Assembly (NCBI GenBank): GCA_963711895.1
Contig: CAVQFU010000008.1
Span: 8,198-72,197, forward strand
Source: an uncultured Acidobacteriota bacterium
GTDB lineage: Bacteria > Actinomycetota > Acidimicrobiia > Spongiisociales > ZC4RG35
Reading direction: 5' to 3'
DNA length: 64,000 nt
Shown: in pieces, positions 8,669 through 17,655 of the stretch
Position numbering within the stretch: position 1 is the first letter of the stretch
Layout of the letters: every line of letters begins with the position of its first letter
Notes under the pieces: model-generated
Told to the model about the DNA's origin: nothing
Seen by the model: only the letters and a program-made list of their open reading frames with translations
Databases searched by the model: none
Position numbers and translations under genes: made by a program

Positions 8669-9456
8669 TCGGATCCATTGGCCCGTTGCCGATGGAGGCG
8701 CCGAGTCCCGGATCCAGCTTCACGGACCTGCTCGATTTCCTCGGCGCCAAGCCGACACTGAACGTCCCGCCGGGGGAGAAGGCTCCTGTCGCCCCCGAAG
8801 GCACCACCGTGCTCGCCCTCCGTTATGAAGGTGGCGTGGTGATGGCCGGTGACCGGCGTGCCACAGAAGGAAATCTGGTCGCACATCGCAGGATTCGCAA
8901 GGTGTTCCAGGCTGACAAATACTCGGCAGTTGCCATCGCCGGCGTTGCCGGCATCGCCATCGAGATGGTGAAACTGTTCCAGGTCGAGTTGGAGCACTAC
9001 GAGAAGATCGAAGGGGTCCGCCTCTCCTTGGAGGGTCAGGCCTCGTTTCTCGCTCGTCTCGTCAGGGGCCAACTCCCCATGGCGTTCCAGGGTCTGGTCG
9101 TAGTTCCAATGTTCGCCGGCTACGACGAGCGGGAACAGCGGGGCAGGCTCTACAGCTACGACGCGGTGGGTGGCAGATATGAAGAAGTCGACTTCGGCAG
9201 CACGGGGTCCGGCTCGAGACTGGCCAAGTCGTATCTCCGGACCGTGTACAGGGAGGACCTCAGCGCTGACGAGGCATCCGACATGGCAGTGAGCGCTTTG
9301 GTTGCCGCCTCCCAGGAGGACACAGCCACCGGTGGCCCGGATCTGAGACGTGGCATCTACCCGACTGTTCTACGCATCGGGGCCGACGGAGTGGAAGAGC
9401 TCTCCGATTCGGTCATCGCACCCCTCGCCGAACACGCTGTGGACCAGATCCTGTGA
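8665..9456 (+). CDS. prcB: 20S proteasome beta subunit
   Basis: Propeptide followed by the G|TTVLALRYEGGVVMAGDRR catalytic Thr motif. GTGA overlap with pup. Confidence 0.95.
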   Translation: MIGSIGPLPMEAPSPGSSFTDLLDFLGAKPTLNVPPGEKAPVAPEGTTVLALRYEGGVVMAGDRRATEGNLVAHRRIRKVFQADKYSAVAIAGVAGIAIEMVKLFQVELEHYEKIEGVRLSLEGQASFLARLVRGQLPMAFQGLVVVPMFAGYDEREQRGRLYSYDAVGGRYEEVDFGSTGSGSRLAKSYLRTVYREDLSADEASDMAVSALVAASQEDTATGGPDLRRGIYPTVLRIGADGVEELSDSVIAPLAEHAVDQIL

Positions 9457-10121
9457 GCATTCCGTTCTACGTCCCACCGGAGCAGCAGGTTCGCGACAAG
9501 GCCGAGTTCGCCCGCAAGGGCATTGCCCGGGGCCGCTCCATCATCGCCGTCGACTACGCCGGCGGTGTCGTGATTCTCGCCGAGAACCCGTCGACTGCCC
9601 TGCACAAGATCAGCGAGGTCTACGACCGGATCGCCTTCGCCGGAGTGGGCCGGTACAACGAGTTCGAGACGCTGAGGAAGGCGGGGATCCGTCAGGCCGA
9701 CCTGATGGGATACCTCTACTCGAGAGAGGACGTGACCGCCATGGGCCTGGCTACTGCCTTCGCCCAGACCCTCGGCGTGATCTTCACCCGCGAGCCGAAA
9801 CCCTTCGAGGTGGAGGTGCTCATCGTCGAGATCAGCGAGGACGGGGACGAGCACCGGCTCTTCCGGGTCACGTATGACGGAACCCTCTATGACGAGCGGA
9901 AGTTCGTCGCTATCGGGGGCAAGGCGGAACAGCTCGTGGAGGCGCTTCAGGAGCTCTGGGAGGACGATCTGACACTGGAACGCGCCCTGGAGATCGGGGC
10001 GGAGGCGTTTCGCCAAGCCGAAGGCCGCGAGATGGAGGGCTGGGAAGCCGCGGTGCTCGATTATTCCAATGGCCGCAGGGCATTCCGGCGGCTCACACCG
10101 GCCGAGCTGCCGACCAGCTGA
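9453..10121 (+). CDS. prcA: 20S proteasome alpha subunit
   Basis: Starts MSIPFYVPPEQQVRDKAEFARKGIARGRS. GTGA overlap with prcB. Confidence 0.95.
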   Translation: MSIPFYVPPEQQVRDKAEFARKGIARGRSIIAVDYAGGVVILAENPSTALHKISEVYDRIAFAGVGRYNEFETLRKAGIRQADLMGYLYSREDVTAMGLATAFAQTLGVIFTREPKPFEVEVLIVEISEDGDEHRLFRVTYDGTLYDERKFVAIGGKAEQLVEALQELWEDDLTLERALEIGAEAFRQAEGREMEGWEAAVLDYSNGRRAFRRLTPAELPTS

Positions 10122-10164
10122 ACATTCTCTCGCGAGAGCCCCCCACCCGGGATAGCCTGCCCAG

Positions 10165-11520
10165 GTGGACCGACGGATCTTCGGGCTGGAAAACGAATAC
10201 GGAGTGACCTGCACCTTGCGCGGGCAGCGCAGGCTCAGCCCCGACGAGGTGGCCCGATACCTCTTCCGGCGTGTCGTCTCCTGGGGCCGGTCTTCGAACG
10301 TGTTCCTCGAGAACGGCGCCCGCCTGTATCTCGATGTCGGCTCGCATCCGGAGTTCGCCACACCCGAATGCGACAACCTCGAAGACGTCGTTGCTCATGA
10401 CAAGGCGGGGGAAAGGATCCTCGAGGGTCTGGTTCGCGGCGCCGAGGAACGCCTCGAGGAGGAAGGCATCCGGGGTGAGATATATGTCTTCAAGAACAAC
10501 ACGGACAGTGCCGGCAACTCATATGGATGTCACGAGAACTACCTGGTGAGCCGGCACAAGGACTTTCACCGGACGGTGGACGTCCTCATACCGTTCCTCG
10601 TCACAAGGCAGATCTTCCTCGGTGCCGGGAAGCTGACGCAGACACCACGGGGCACCGCGTACTCGATCGCACAGAGAGCCGATCACATCTGGGAGGGTGT
10701 GTCGTCGGCCACGACTCGGTCCCGCCCGATCATCAACACGAGGGACGAGCCACACGCCGATGCCGAGCGTTATCGCCGTCTCCACGTCATAGCCGGTGAC
10801 TCGAACATGTCCGAGTACGCCACGTTCGTCAAGGTGGGGACGATGGTTGCCCTTCTCCAGATGATCGAGCGTGACGTGGTGTTCCGAGACCTGTCCCTGG
10901 AGAACCCGATCCGTGCCATCAGGGAGGTGTCCCACGACGTCACCTGCAGACGCAAGATCAAGCTGGCCAACGGCCGGGAGCTCTCCGCACTCGACATCCA
11001 GTGGGAGTATCTGGACAGGGCCATGAGATTTGCCCGCAGCCCCGGGTTCCCACCGGAAGTGCAGACGGCGATCGATCGTTGGGAACACCTGCTCACCGGT
11101 CTGGAGAAGGATCCGATGACTCTCGACCGAGAGGTCGACTGGGTGATCAAGCACCGTCTCCTCGAGCGCTACGCCGACCGGAGAGGCATATCCATGTCCG
11201 ACCCGCGGATGTCGATGATGGACCTGAGCTATCACGACGTGGACCGCAAGCGAGGGCTCTACTACCTCCTCGAGGGCAGGGGGCTCGTCGACCGGGTGGT
11301 CACCGATGAGAAGGTCGCCCTGGCCGTGCGTCAGCCGCCACAGACGACAAGGGCCCGGCTCCGTGGTGCCTTCATCAAGGCGGCAAAGGCGCGCAAACGG
11401 GACTTCACCGTGGACTGGGTCCATCTCAAGCTGAACGATCAGGCCCAGCGCACCGTGATGTGCAAGGACCCGTTCAAGGCACACGACGAGCGCGTAGAGA
11501 AGCTGATCGAGAGCCTGTAA
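10165..11520 (+). CDS. pafA: Pup--protein ligase PafA
   Basis: 451 aa, starting [14 protein letters not shown]. Paralogous to Dop but shorter. Confidence 0.9.
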   Translation: MDRRIFGLENEYGVTCTLRGQRRLSPDEVARYLFRRVVSWGRSSNVFLENGARLYLDVGSHPEFATPECDNLEDVVAHDKAGERILEGLVRGAEERLEEEGIRGEIYVFKNNTDSAGNSYGCHENYLVSRHKDFHRTVDVLIPFLVTRQIFLGAGKLTQTPRGTAYSIAQRADHIWEGVSSATTRSRPIINTRDEPHADAERYRRLHVIAGDSNMSEYATFVKVGTMVALLQMIERDVVFRDLSLENPIRAIREVSHDVTCRRKIKLANGRELSALDIQWEYLDRAMRFARSPGFPPEVQTAIDRWEHLLTGLEKDPMTLDREVDWVIKHRLLERYADRRGISMSDPRMSMMDLSYHDVDRKRGLYYLLEGRGLVDRVVTDEKVALAVRQPPQTTRARLRGAFIKAAKARKRDFTVDWVHLKLNDQAQRTVMCKDPFKAHDERVEKLIESL

Positions 11521-11545
11521 GGCCCGATCCGACCACAATCGGCGC

Positions 11546-12469
11546 ATGCAGAACGTCGTCGAGAGGGTGATCAACCTCCTCATCTACCTGCTCGACTCGC
11601 CGTCCCCGGTCACCGCAGAGCAAGTCCGTCAGACCGTGGCCGGATATGGAGAGCAGAGCGATGAGGCTTTTCACCGCATGTTCGAGCGCGACAAGGACCT
11701 GCTGAAGCGGATGGGTGTGCCCCTGGAATTGAGGGCGATGGATAAATGGGAGATCGACTTCGGTTATACCGTCGACCCGGACGAGTATGCGATGCCCGAT
11801 CCCCGGCTGACCGAGCAAGAGCGGGTCGCTCTCTCGGTGGCGGCGCGGATGGTCCGGCTCGGCGGCGCCAACGCCGGTTTGGCCGGCCTGCTCAAGCTCG
11901 GAGGGGTCGAGGTTGCGGCGGGAATCGAGCCTCTGGCCGCCGATCTCGGTGCCGAGGCCGCCGTGCTCGGGGACTTGTTCCTCGCCGTGAGCGAACGGCG
12001 AAAGCTGGAGTTCGAGTACGGGAACTCGATCCGGCTCCTCGATCCCTATGGCATCGCCCACAGACGGGGGCACTGGTACCTGATCGGGCAGACCGCCGAT
12101 GGCGAGCGGGTCTATAGGGTCGATCGAATCACGGGCCTGGAGGTCGGGACAAAGGCAGGGGCCTTCGTGCGGCCGAAGCGCTTTCACGTGAAGCAAGCCA
12201 TGAGCAAACATCCCTGGGAGGCGGGGACCGATGAGACGGTCGATGCAACTGTCAGATTCGACCCTGACGTCGCCTGGTGGGCGGCCCGGCACCTCGGAGT
12301 CGAGGCCCCCGAACACGGATCGCTGGAGGTCGAGCTGCCAGTCGCAAACCGCGACGCCTTCATCGGCTGGGTACTCGGCTTCGGGCCCGACGCCGAGGTC
12401 CTCGCCCCGGCCGAGTTGAGGAAACAGGTGCTGGCAAGGGTCGAGGCAGCGGTCCAGGCAGCCGGATGA
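11546..12469 (+). CDS. pafB: HTH/WYL-domain regulator PafB
   Basis: N-terminal winged HTH (VERVINLLIYLL) plus a WYL region (GHWYLIG), directly downstream of pafA. Confidence 0.8.
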   Translation: MQNVVERVINLLIYLLDSPSPVTAEQVRQTVAGYGEQSDEAFHRMFERDKDLLKRMGVPLELRAMDKWEIDFGYTVDPDEYAMPDPRLTEQERVALSVAARMVRLGGANAGLAGLLKLGGVEVAAGIEPLAADLGAEAAVLGDLFLAVSERRKLEFEYGNSIRLLDPYGIAHRRGHWYLIGQTADGERVYRVDRITGLEVGTKAGAFVRPKRFHVKQAMSKHPWEAGTDETVDATVRFDPDVAWWAARHLGVEAPEHGSLEVELPVANRDAFIGWVLGFGPDAEVLAPAELRKQVLARVEAAVQAAG

Positions 12470-13395
12470 CCAGCGACCGCACCGCCACCCGTCTCGCCCG
12501 GATCCTCGCCCTCATCCCTTACGTGCTGGCCAAAGACGGGGCGAAAGTGAGCGAGATCCTGGAGCGATTCGGCTACACCGAGGCCGAGTTGACCCGGGAC
12601 CTCAACACCGTGTTCTTCTGTGGCCTCCCCGGCTACACCCCCGGCGATCTGATGGAGGCGTACATCGACGGTGACGAGGTCATCATCGATGCCGCTGACT
12701 ACTTCGCACGGGCACCACGACTCACCTCGATGGAGGCTCTCGGCCTGATGGCTGCCGGTATGGCGATCCTGGGCTCCGGTCAGGGATCGCCGGAGCTCGG
12801 CAAGGCAGTCGACAAGCTGACCAAGGCGCTCCTGCCCGATGCAGGCACCGCTGTCGATGTCGACGTGTCGGGGGATTCGGAGAATCTGGCCGCCCTCAAG
12901 TCCGCCGCAACCGAACGACGTGTCGTCCGGATCACGTATCGATCGCTCGCCCATGAAGAGGAGACGGTCAGGGACATCGAGCCGTGGGCGGTGGTCACGA
13001 CACTGGGCAACTGGTACGTCCACGGCCATTGCCGGATGGTCGATGCGGAGCGTGTCTTCAGAGTGGATCGCATCCGGCGGATGGATGTGCTCGATGAGGA
13101 GTTCGAGCGCCCCAAAGACCTGTCCGAGCCGGGGATTGGGTACACGCCTTCCGATGACGACATCGCGGCCAGGATCAGACTCTCGCCAAAGGCGAGGTGG
13201 GTGCTCGACTACTACCCGGTGGACGTGCTGAAGGAGACCAAGACAGGCACCGACATCAGGTTCACGTCATCCGACGCCGAGATCCCTGCCCGTCTCCTGC
13301 TCCGGCTTGGGTCAGAGGCACGCCTGCTCGAGGGTGATGAGGTGCGGGAGCGCCTCGTCGCCATTGCCAGCACCCTGCGAGGCCGGTATCGATAA
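12466..13395 (+). CDS. pafC: HTH/WYL-domain regulator PafC
   Basis: The start MTSDRTATRLARILALIPYV lies at an ATGA overlap with pafB. WYL region (GNWYVHG). The track ORF 12277 start is a spurious extension. Confidence 0.8.
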   Translation: MTSDRTATRLARILALIPYVLAKDGAKVSEILERFGYTEAELTRDLNTVFFCGLPGYTPGDLMEAYIDGDEVIIDAADYFARAPRLTSMEALGLMAAGMAILGSGQGSPELGKAVDKLTKALLPDAGTAVDVDVSGDSENLAALKSAATERRVVRITYRSLAHEEETVRDIEPWAVVTTLGNWYVHGHCRMVDAERVFRVDRIRRMDVLDEEFERPKDLSEPGIGYTPSDDDIAARIRLSPKARWVLDYYPVDVLKETKTGTDIRFTSSDAEIPARLLLRLGSEARLLEGDEVRERLVAIASTLRGRYR

Positions 13396-13460
13396 GGGTC
13401 GTACGACCTAGGCCCGCAGGCTACAGATTCTGGCCTGTTCTGCCGATCACCCCTCTTGAT

Positions 13461-13772
13461 ATGGGAGACCGGAGACCAGGGATGACGACCATCAAGACAA
13501 CCTGCGCCCGATGCGGTGACATCCACCTAACACCGGACGACGTAGCGCTGGAGCTGCGTCCGGGTGGCCGGGAAGGTGACTACCGCTTCAAGTGCCCGAC
13601 ATGCACCGAGCCGCAGCGCAGACCGGCCAACTCGAGGGTCGTGAGTGTCTTGTTGGCCACGGGGGTTGCCTTCGAGGTCATCAACCCTGATCCGATCACC
13701 GAAAGAGAGATCGATGCGTTTGTCGCCGCCCTCGAGGCGGAATCGGATCCATTCCGACTTCTGGCCGGCTGA
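13461..13772 (+). CDS. zinc-ribbon (CxxC...CxxC) hypothetical protein
   Basis: CARCGDIHL...KCPTCTEPQRR. The start may instead be ATG 13482 (MTTIKTT). Followed by a strong terminator. Confidence 0.55.
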   Translation: MGDRRPGMTTIKTTCARCGDIHLTPDDVALELRPGGREGDYRFKCPTCTEPQRRPANSRVVSVLLATGVAFEVINPDPITEREIDAFVAALEAESDPFRLLAG

Positions 13773-13825
13773 CACACGCTCATCTCTTCGATGAGCACCA
13801 AAAGGGCAGGGTGCTCTCGACACAC

Positions 13826-13864
13826 AAAGGGTGGCGATCCTCGGATCGCCACCCTTTTGAGTTA
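13826..13864 (+). terminator. intrinsic terminator (perfect 14-bp stem)
   Basis: AAAGGGTGGCGATC-ctcg-GATCGCCACCCTTT followed by TGAGTT. A-run on the 5' side and T-run on the 3' side. Confidence 0.75.
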
Positions 13865-13879
13865 TGGCTGCTGGGTGGT

Positions 13880-13907
13880 CACCACTCACCACCCACCACT
13901 CACCACT
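13880..13907 (+). repeat. tandem heptamer CACCACY x4 in the tat leader
   Basis: caccact caccacc caccact caccact, read directly. Lies between the terminator and the tat start at 13924. Confidence 0.8.
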
Positions 13908-13923
13908 CGTTACCCTCAACCGA

Positions 13924-14292
13924 ATGCTCCAGGGCGGCGAGATCATCATCATTCTCTTGCTCGCGCTGGTCGTGCTCGGCCCGACCAGGTTGCCCGAGCT
14001 GGCGAAGAAATTGGGAGAGTGGACGGCGGAGCTGAGATCGGCGGCGCGTGACCTGCGACGCGGGCTCGAAGCCGAGGTAGCCGACATCAAGCAGGTCGGT
14101 GAGGACCTGAAGGCACCAATCGACGAATTGAAGAAATCCTCGGACGAGGTCCGCAAGGGAATTGCGGATGCAGGGGTGAGCCGGCTGGATTGGGAGGGGC
14201 CGAAACCGATTTCGGGCCCCACTCCCGCCGACGCCATGGCCGACCTGGACGAGATCGAGAAGAAGGCAGCCGAAGAAGGCCCGCAGCAGTGA
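13924..14292 (+). CDS. twin-arginine translocase TatA/TatB-family subunit (TatB-like hinge)
   Basis: MLQGGEIIIILLLALVVLGPTRLPELAKKLGEW. A GP hinge and an N-terminal Glu resemble TatB more than TatA (FG hinge). Confidence 0.8.
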   Translation: MLQGGEIIIILLLALVVLGPTRLPELAKKLGEWTAELRSAARDLRRGLEAEVADIKQVGEDLKAPIDELKKSSDEVRKGIADAGVSRLDWEGPKPISGPTPADAMADLDEIEKKAAEEGPQQ

Positions 14293-15002
14293 TCGAGGAC
14301 AAGCCTCAGTCCATCCTCGCCCATCTCGAGGAGTTGCGCTGGCGGCTCGTCAAAGTCTTCATCGCTGTGCTGGTTGGGGGGGCCGTGGCCCTGATCTTCT
14401 CCGACCAGCTGCGCGTCATTCTCGAAGCTCCGTTCCACGCCGCTGCCCCGGACAACGAGCTGCAGACCCTCGCCGCCACCGAGCAGTGGGGCGTCTGGAT
14501 GCGGATCGGGCTCTTCGGAGGGGTGATTCTGGCCAGCCCTGTGGTCCTCTATCAGATATGGGCCTTCATCCAGCCCGCCCTCACGTCGAAGGAGCGCAAC
14601 TGGGCATGGCCCATTGTGAGCGCGCTCGTCGTCCTCTTCGTGGGAGGTGTCGCGTTCGGGTATCTCACGCTGCCCCGTGGGCTCGAGTTCCTCCTGAAGA
14701 TCTTCCCGGACGTGGAGACCAATCTTCGGCTCGGTGACTACTACTCGTTCACACTTCGCTTCCTGCTCGCTTTCGGGCTCGCCTTCCTCTTCCCGGTCTT
14801 TCTCTTCGCAGCAGCGGCCGCCGGGATCATCACTTCCAAGCAGCTGGCCAGGGGGCGACGCTGGGCCATTCTGATCATTGTCATCGGAGCGGCGCTCATC
14901 ACGCCGAGTGGAGACGCGTTCAGTCTTCTGGTCCTTTCGGTTCCGCTCTACCTGATGTACGAGGCCACCTACTGGCTGGTGCGTCTGGTCCTCAGAAAAT
15001 GA
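14289..15002 (+). CDS. tatC: twin-arginine translocase subunit TatC
   Basis: VIEDKPQSILAHLEELRWRL... with six TM helices. GTGA overlap with the upstream tat gene. Confidence 0.9.
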   Translation: MIEDKPQSILAHLEELRWRLVKVFIAVLVGGAVALIFSDQLRVILEAPFHAAAPDNELQTLAATEQWGVWMRIGLFGGVILASPVVLYQIWAFIQPALTSKERNWAWPIVSALVVLFVGGVAFGYLTLPRGLEFLLKIFPDVETNLRLGDYYSFTLRFLLAFGLAFLFPVFLFAAAAAGIITSKQLARGRRWAILIIVIGAALITPSGDAFSLLVLSVPLYLMYEATYWLVRLVLRK

Positions 15003-15012
15003 TCCCCTGTTT

Positions 15013-15109
15013 CTCCCCCCAGCGAGCGAAGCGAGCGTTGGGGGGAGTGGCCCAGACGGCCGAGGGGGGTCTTCCCCGCCACCGGCGGCTCTCCCCCCTA
15101 CAGGGGGAG
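15013..15109 (+). promoter_or_regulatory. G6/C6-tract hairpins between tatC and helY; the 3' hairpin covers the helY SD
   Basis: CTCCCCCC (15013-20) pairs with GGGGGGAG (15040-47). AGGGGGG (15063-69) or GGGGGAG (15103-09) can each pair with CTCCCCCCT (15091-99). ATG at 15112. Confidence 0.4.
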
Positions 15110-15111
15110 CG

Positions 15112-17655
15112 ATGACCCAACTCGACGAGTTCTGGGCTGGACTCCCATTCCGCGCGGACGACTTTCAGGTCGAGGCCGCCGAAGCGGTGTACGAGGGGCA
15201 ATCGGTCGTGGTCACGGCGCCCACCGGGGCAGGGAAGACATTGGTGGCTGAGGCCGCCATCCACCTCGCGCTTTCGCGGGGCGAGCGCTCCTTCTACACC
15301 ACGCCGATCAAGGCATTGTCCAACCAGAAGTTCGCGGATTTCGTGGCCGGGTACGGGGCGGAGCGCGTTGGCCTGTTGACCGGGGACAACGTGATCAACG
15401 GAGATGCCGAAATTGTGGTTATGACGACCGAGGTCCTTCGCAACATGATCTACGCCGAGGGGACACGCCTGGACAAAGTCGGTCTCGTGATCCTGGATGA
15501 GGTCCATTACCTCCAGGACAGGACCCGTGGCGCTGTTTGGGAGGAGGTGATCATCCACGCCCCACAGCACCTGCAGCTGGTGTGCCTGTCGGCGACCGTC
15601 TCCAACAACCAGGAGTTCGCGGCGTGGGTAGGTGAGCGGCGTGGGTCGACCCGTCTCATCGCCACCGACCATCGGCCTGTGCCCCTCGAGTCGATGTACA
15701 TGGTCAGGGATCGCATGGGTTCACAGACACTCCACCTCCTCCCCACCTTCGTCGAGCGCGAGGGGCGGAGACGCCCCAATCCCCGGATCGAGCACATGCT
15801 CGGCCTGGAACGGGGGCGGCGGCGGCGGTTCAAGAGCCCGAACCGGATCGAGACCGTGGAACGTCTCGCTGAGGAAGGGATGCTTCCCGCCATATTCTTC
15901 ATCTTCAGCAGGGCGGGCTGCGATGCCGCGGCTCATCGTCTGGTAGATGCGGGCGTGCGCCTGACCGACGCCGCCCAGCGGGCCTCGATACGAGAGATCG
16001 CGGAGACACGGACCGCCCATCTGGGGGATCAGGACCTCATGGTCCTCGGGTACGACCGCTGGATTGCCAGTCTCGAGGCCGGGGTGGCCCCTCATCACGC
16101 CGGACTCGTCCCCGCCTTCAAAGAGACCGTGGAGGAGCTGTTCGAGGCGGGTCTGCTGAAGGTCGTGTTCGCCACTGAGACGCTTGCGCTGGGCATCAAC
16201 ATGCCCGCTCGGACCGTTGTGCTGGAGACGCTCTCCAAGTTCAACGGCGAGACCCACGAGCTGATGCGCCCGGGTGACTACACGCAACTGACCGGGCGGG
16301 CGGGACGCCGGGGAATCGACGTCCAGGGATTCGGCGTCGTCCTGCACTCGCCATTCGTCCGCTTCGCTTCGGTGACCGAAGTGGCCTCCATCGGCTCGCA
16401 TCCGCTCCGATCGAGTTTTCGCCCTACCTACAACATGACCGCAAACCTCGTGGCCAACTACAGCCAGGATCAAGCTGAGGAGCTCCTGGAGGCTTCGTTC
16501 GCAGCCTTCCAACGCGAGGGCGACAAGCACGCCGCCGAGACCACCATCGAGGCGTTGGAGCACTCCCTGGAGAAGGAAGAGGCTGCGGCTCGGTGCGAGA
16601 GGGGAGATGTCGAGGAGTACATGGCGCTCGTCGAGTCGTCCAAGCCCGAGGGCCACAACGATCGGATCTCCTCGGTACTCGGCGCCGGTCAGGTCGTCGA
16701 TGTCCCCGGTGGTGCCCGCGACGGCCGCTATGTGGTCCTGAAGCGGCTGGCCCGCAAGGACGGTGGTGCCCGGTACCTGGTTCTCGCCACCTCGGGCCGG
16801 GTCTCGACCATCGGGTATCGCGATGTGGTCGACGGGTCCTCGATTGTCGCCGAGTTGGAGGTCCCCCTCCCGGTTCGCCCGAAAGACCGGCGATACGTCC
16901 AGGATCTCCTTCGCACCCTGCGCCGGGTGCCTCCGCGTGAGTCCAGCAAGGAAATACGGAAGCACCCGATCATCGACCACCCCGTCGCCGGATGCCCGGA
17001 TGCGGCCCGTCATCTCGCAGCCGCCCGTCGTGCGGTGCGGATCCGGCGTCGGCTAGAGCAATATCGATCCGCCCGCAGAAGCTCGGGCCACGGCCTCGTG
17101 GAGGAATTCGATGGCATCCGCAACCTGCTCGAGGAGATGGCTTACCTCGAGGGGTGGCGATTGACCGGGCGTGGTCAGCGGCTACGAGGGATATACAACG
17201 AATCCGACCTACTGCTTGCCGAAGCACTCGAACAGGGTCTGTTCCATGGCCTGGAGCCGGCCGAGGTCGCCGCTCTCACCTCAGTGTTCGTCTACGAGCC
17301 GAGAACCGACACGGCGTCACTGGCCGAATGGCCCACCGCCCCGCTGGCCGACCGGTGGGAGCAGTTGGATCTGCTTTGGAAGGACCTGGTCGATCGAGAG
17401 CGGGCGCTCCGCCTCACCCCCACCCGACGGCCCGACCCCGGGTTCGGGATCCCATCCTTCGAGTGGGCGTCGGGTGCCGATTTCGACGACCTGACCAACA
17501 AGGGGATGGCGCCAGGGGACTTCGTTCGTGTCTCACGCCAGCTCGTCGACCTGGTGCGGCAGCTGCGAGACAGCGCACCGGGTCTCCGTGATGAGGCGGT
17601 GGCGGCCCTGAGGGCCATCGATCGAGGGGTGGTCGCCGCCCAGGGAGTTGGCTAG
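15112..17655 (+). CDS. helY: Ski2-like DEAD/DEAH-box RNA helicase HelY
   Basis: 847 aa with motif I APTGAGKT and DEVH. Position downstream of tatC as in mycobacteria. Confidence 0.9.
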   Translation: MTQLDEFWAGLPFRADDFQVEAAEAVYEGQSVVVTAPTGAGKTLVAEAAIHLALSRGERSFYTTPIKALSNQKFADFVAGYGAERVGLLTGDNVINGDAEIVVMTTEVLRNMIYAEGTRLDKVGLVILDEVHYLQDRTRGAVWEEVIIHAPQHLQLVCLSATVSNNQEFAAWVGERRGSTRLIATDHRPVPLESMYMVRDRMGSQTLHLLPTFVEREGRRRPNPRIEHMLGLERGRRRRFKSPNRIETVERLAEEGMLPAIFFIFSRAGCDAAAHRLVDAGVRLTDAAQRASIREIAETRTAHLGDQDLMVLGYDRWIASLEAGVAPHHAGLVPAFKETVEELFEAGLLKVVFATETLALGINMPARTVVLETLSKFNGETHELMRPGDYTQLTGRAGRRGIDVQGFGVVLHSPFVRFASVTEVASIGSHPLRSSFRPTYNMTANLVANYSQDQAEELLEASFAAFQREGDKHAAETTIEALEHSLEKEEAAARCERGDVEEYMALVESSKPEGHNDRISSVLGAGQVVDVPGGARDGRYVVLKRLARKDGGARYLVLATSGRVSTIGYRDVVDGSSIVAELEVPLPVRPKDRRYVQDLLRTLRRVPPRESSKEIRKHPIIDHPVAGCPDAARHLAAARRAVRIRRRLEQYRSARRSSGHGLVEEFDGIRNLLEEMAYLEGWRLTGRGQRLRGIYNESDLLLAEALEQGLFHGLEPAEVAALTSVFVYEPRTDTASLAEWPTAPLADRWEQLDLLWKDLVDRERALRLTPTRRPDPGFGIPSFEWASGADFDDLTNKGMAPGDFVRVSRQLVDLVRQLRDSAPGLRDEAVAALRAIDRGVVAAQGVG

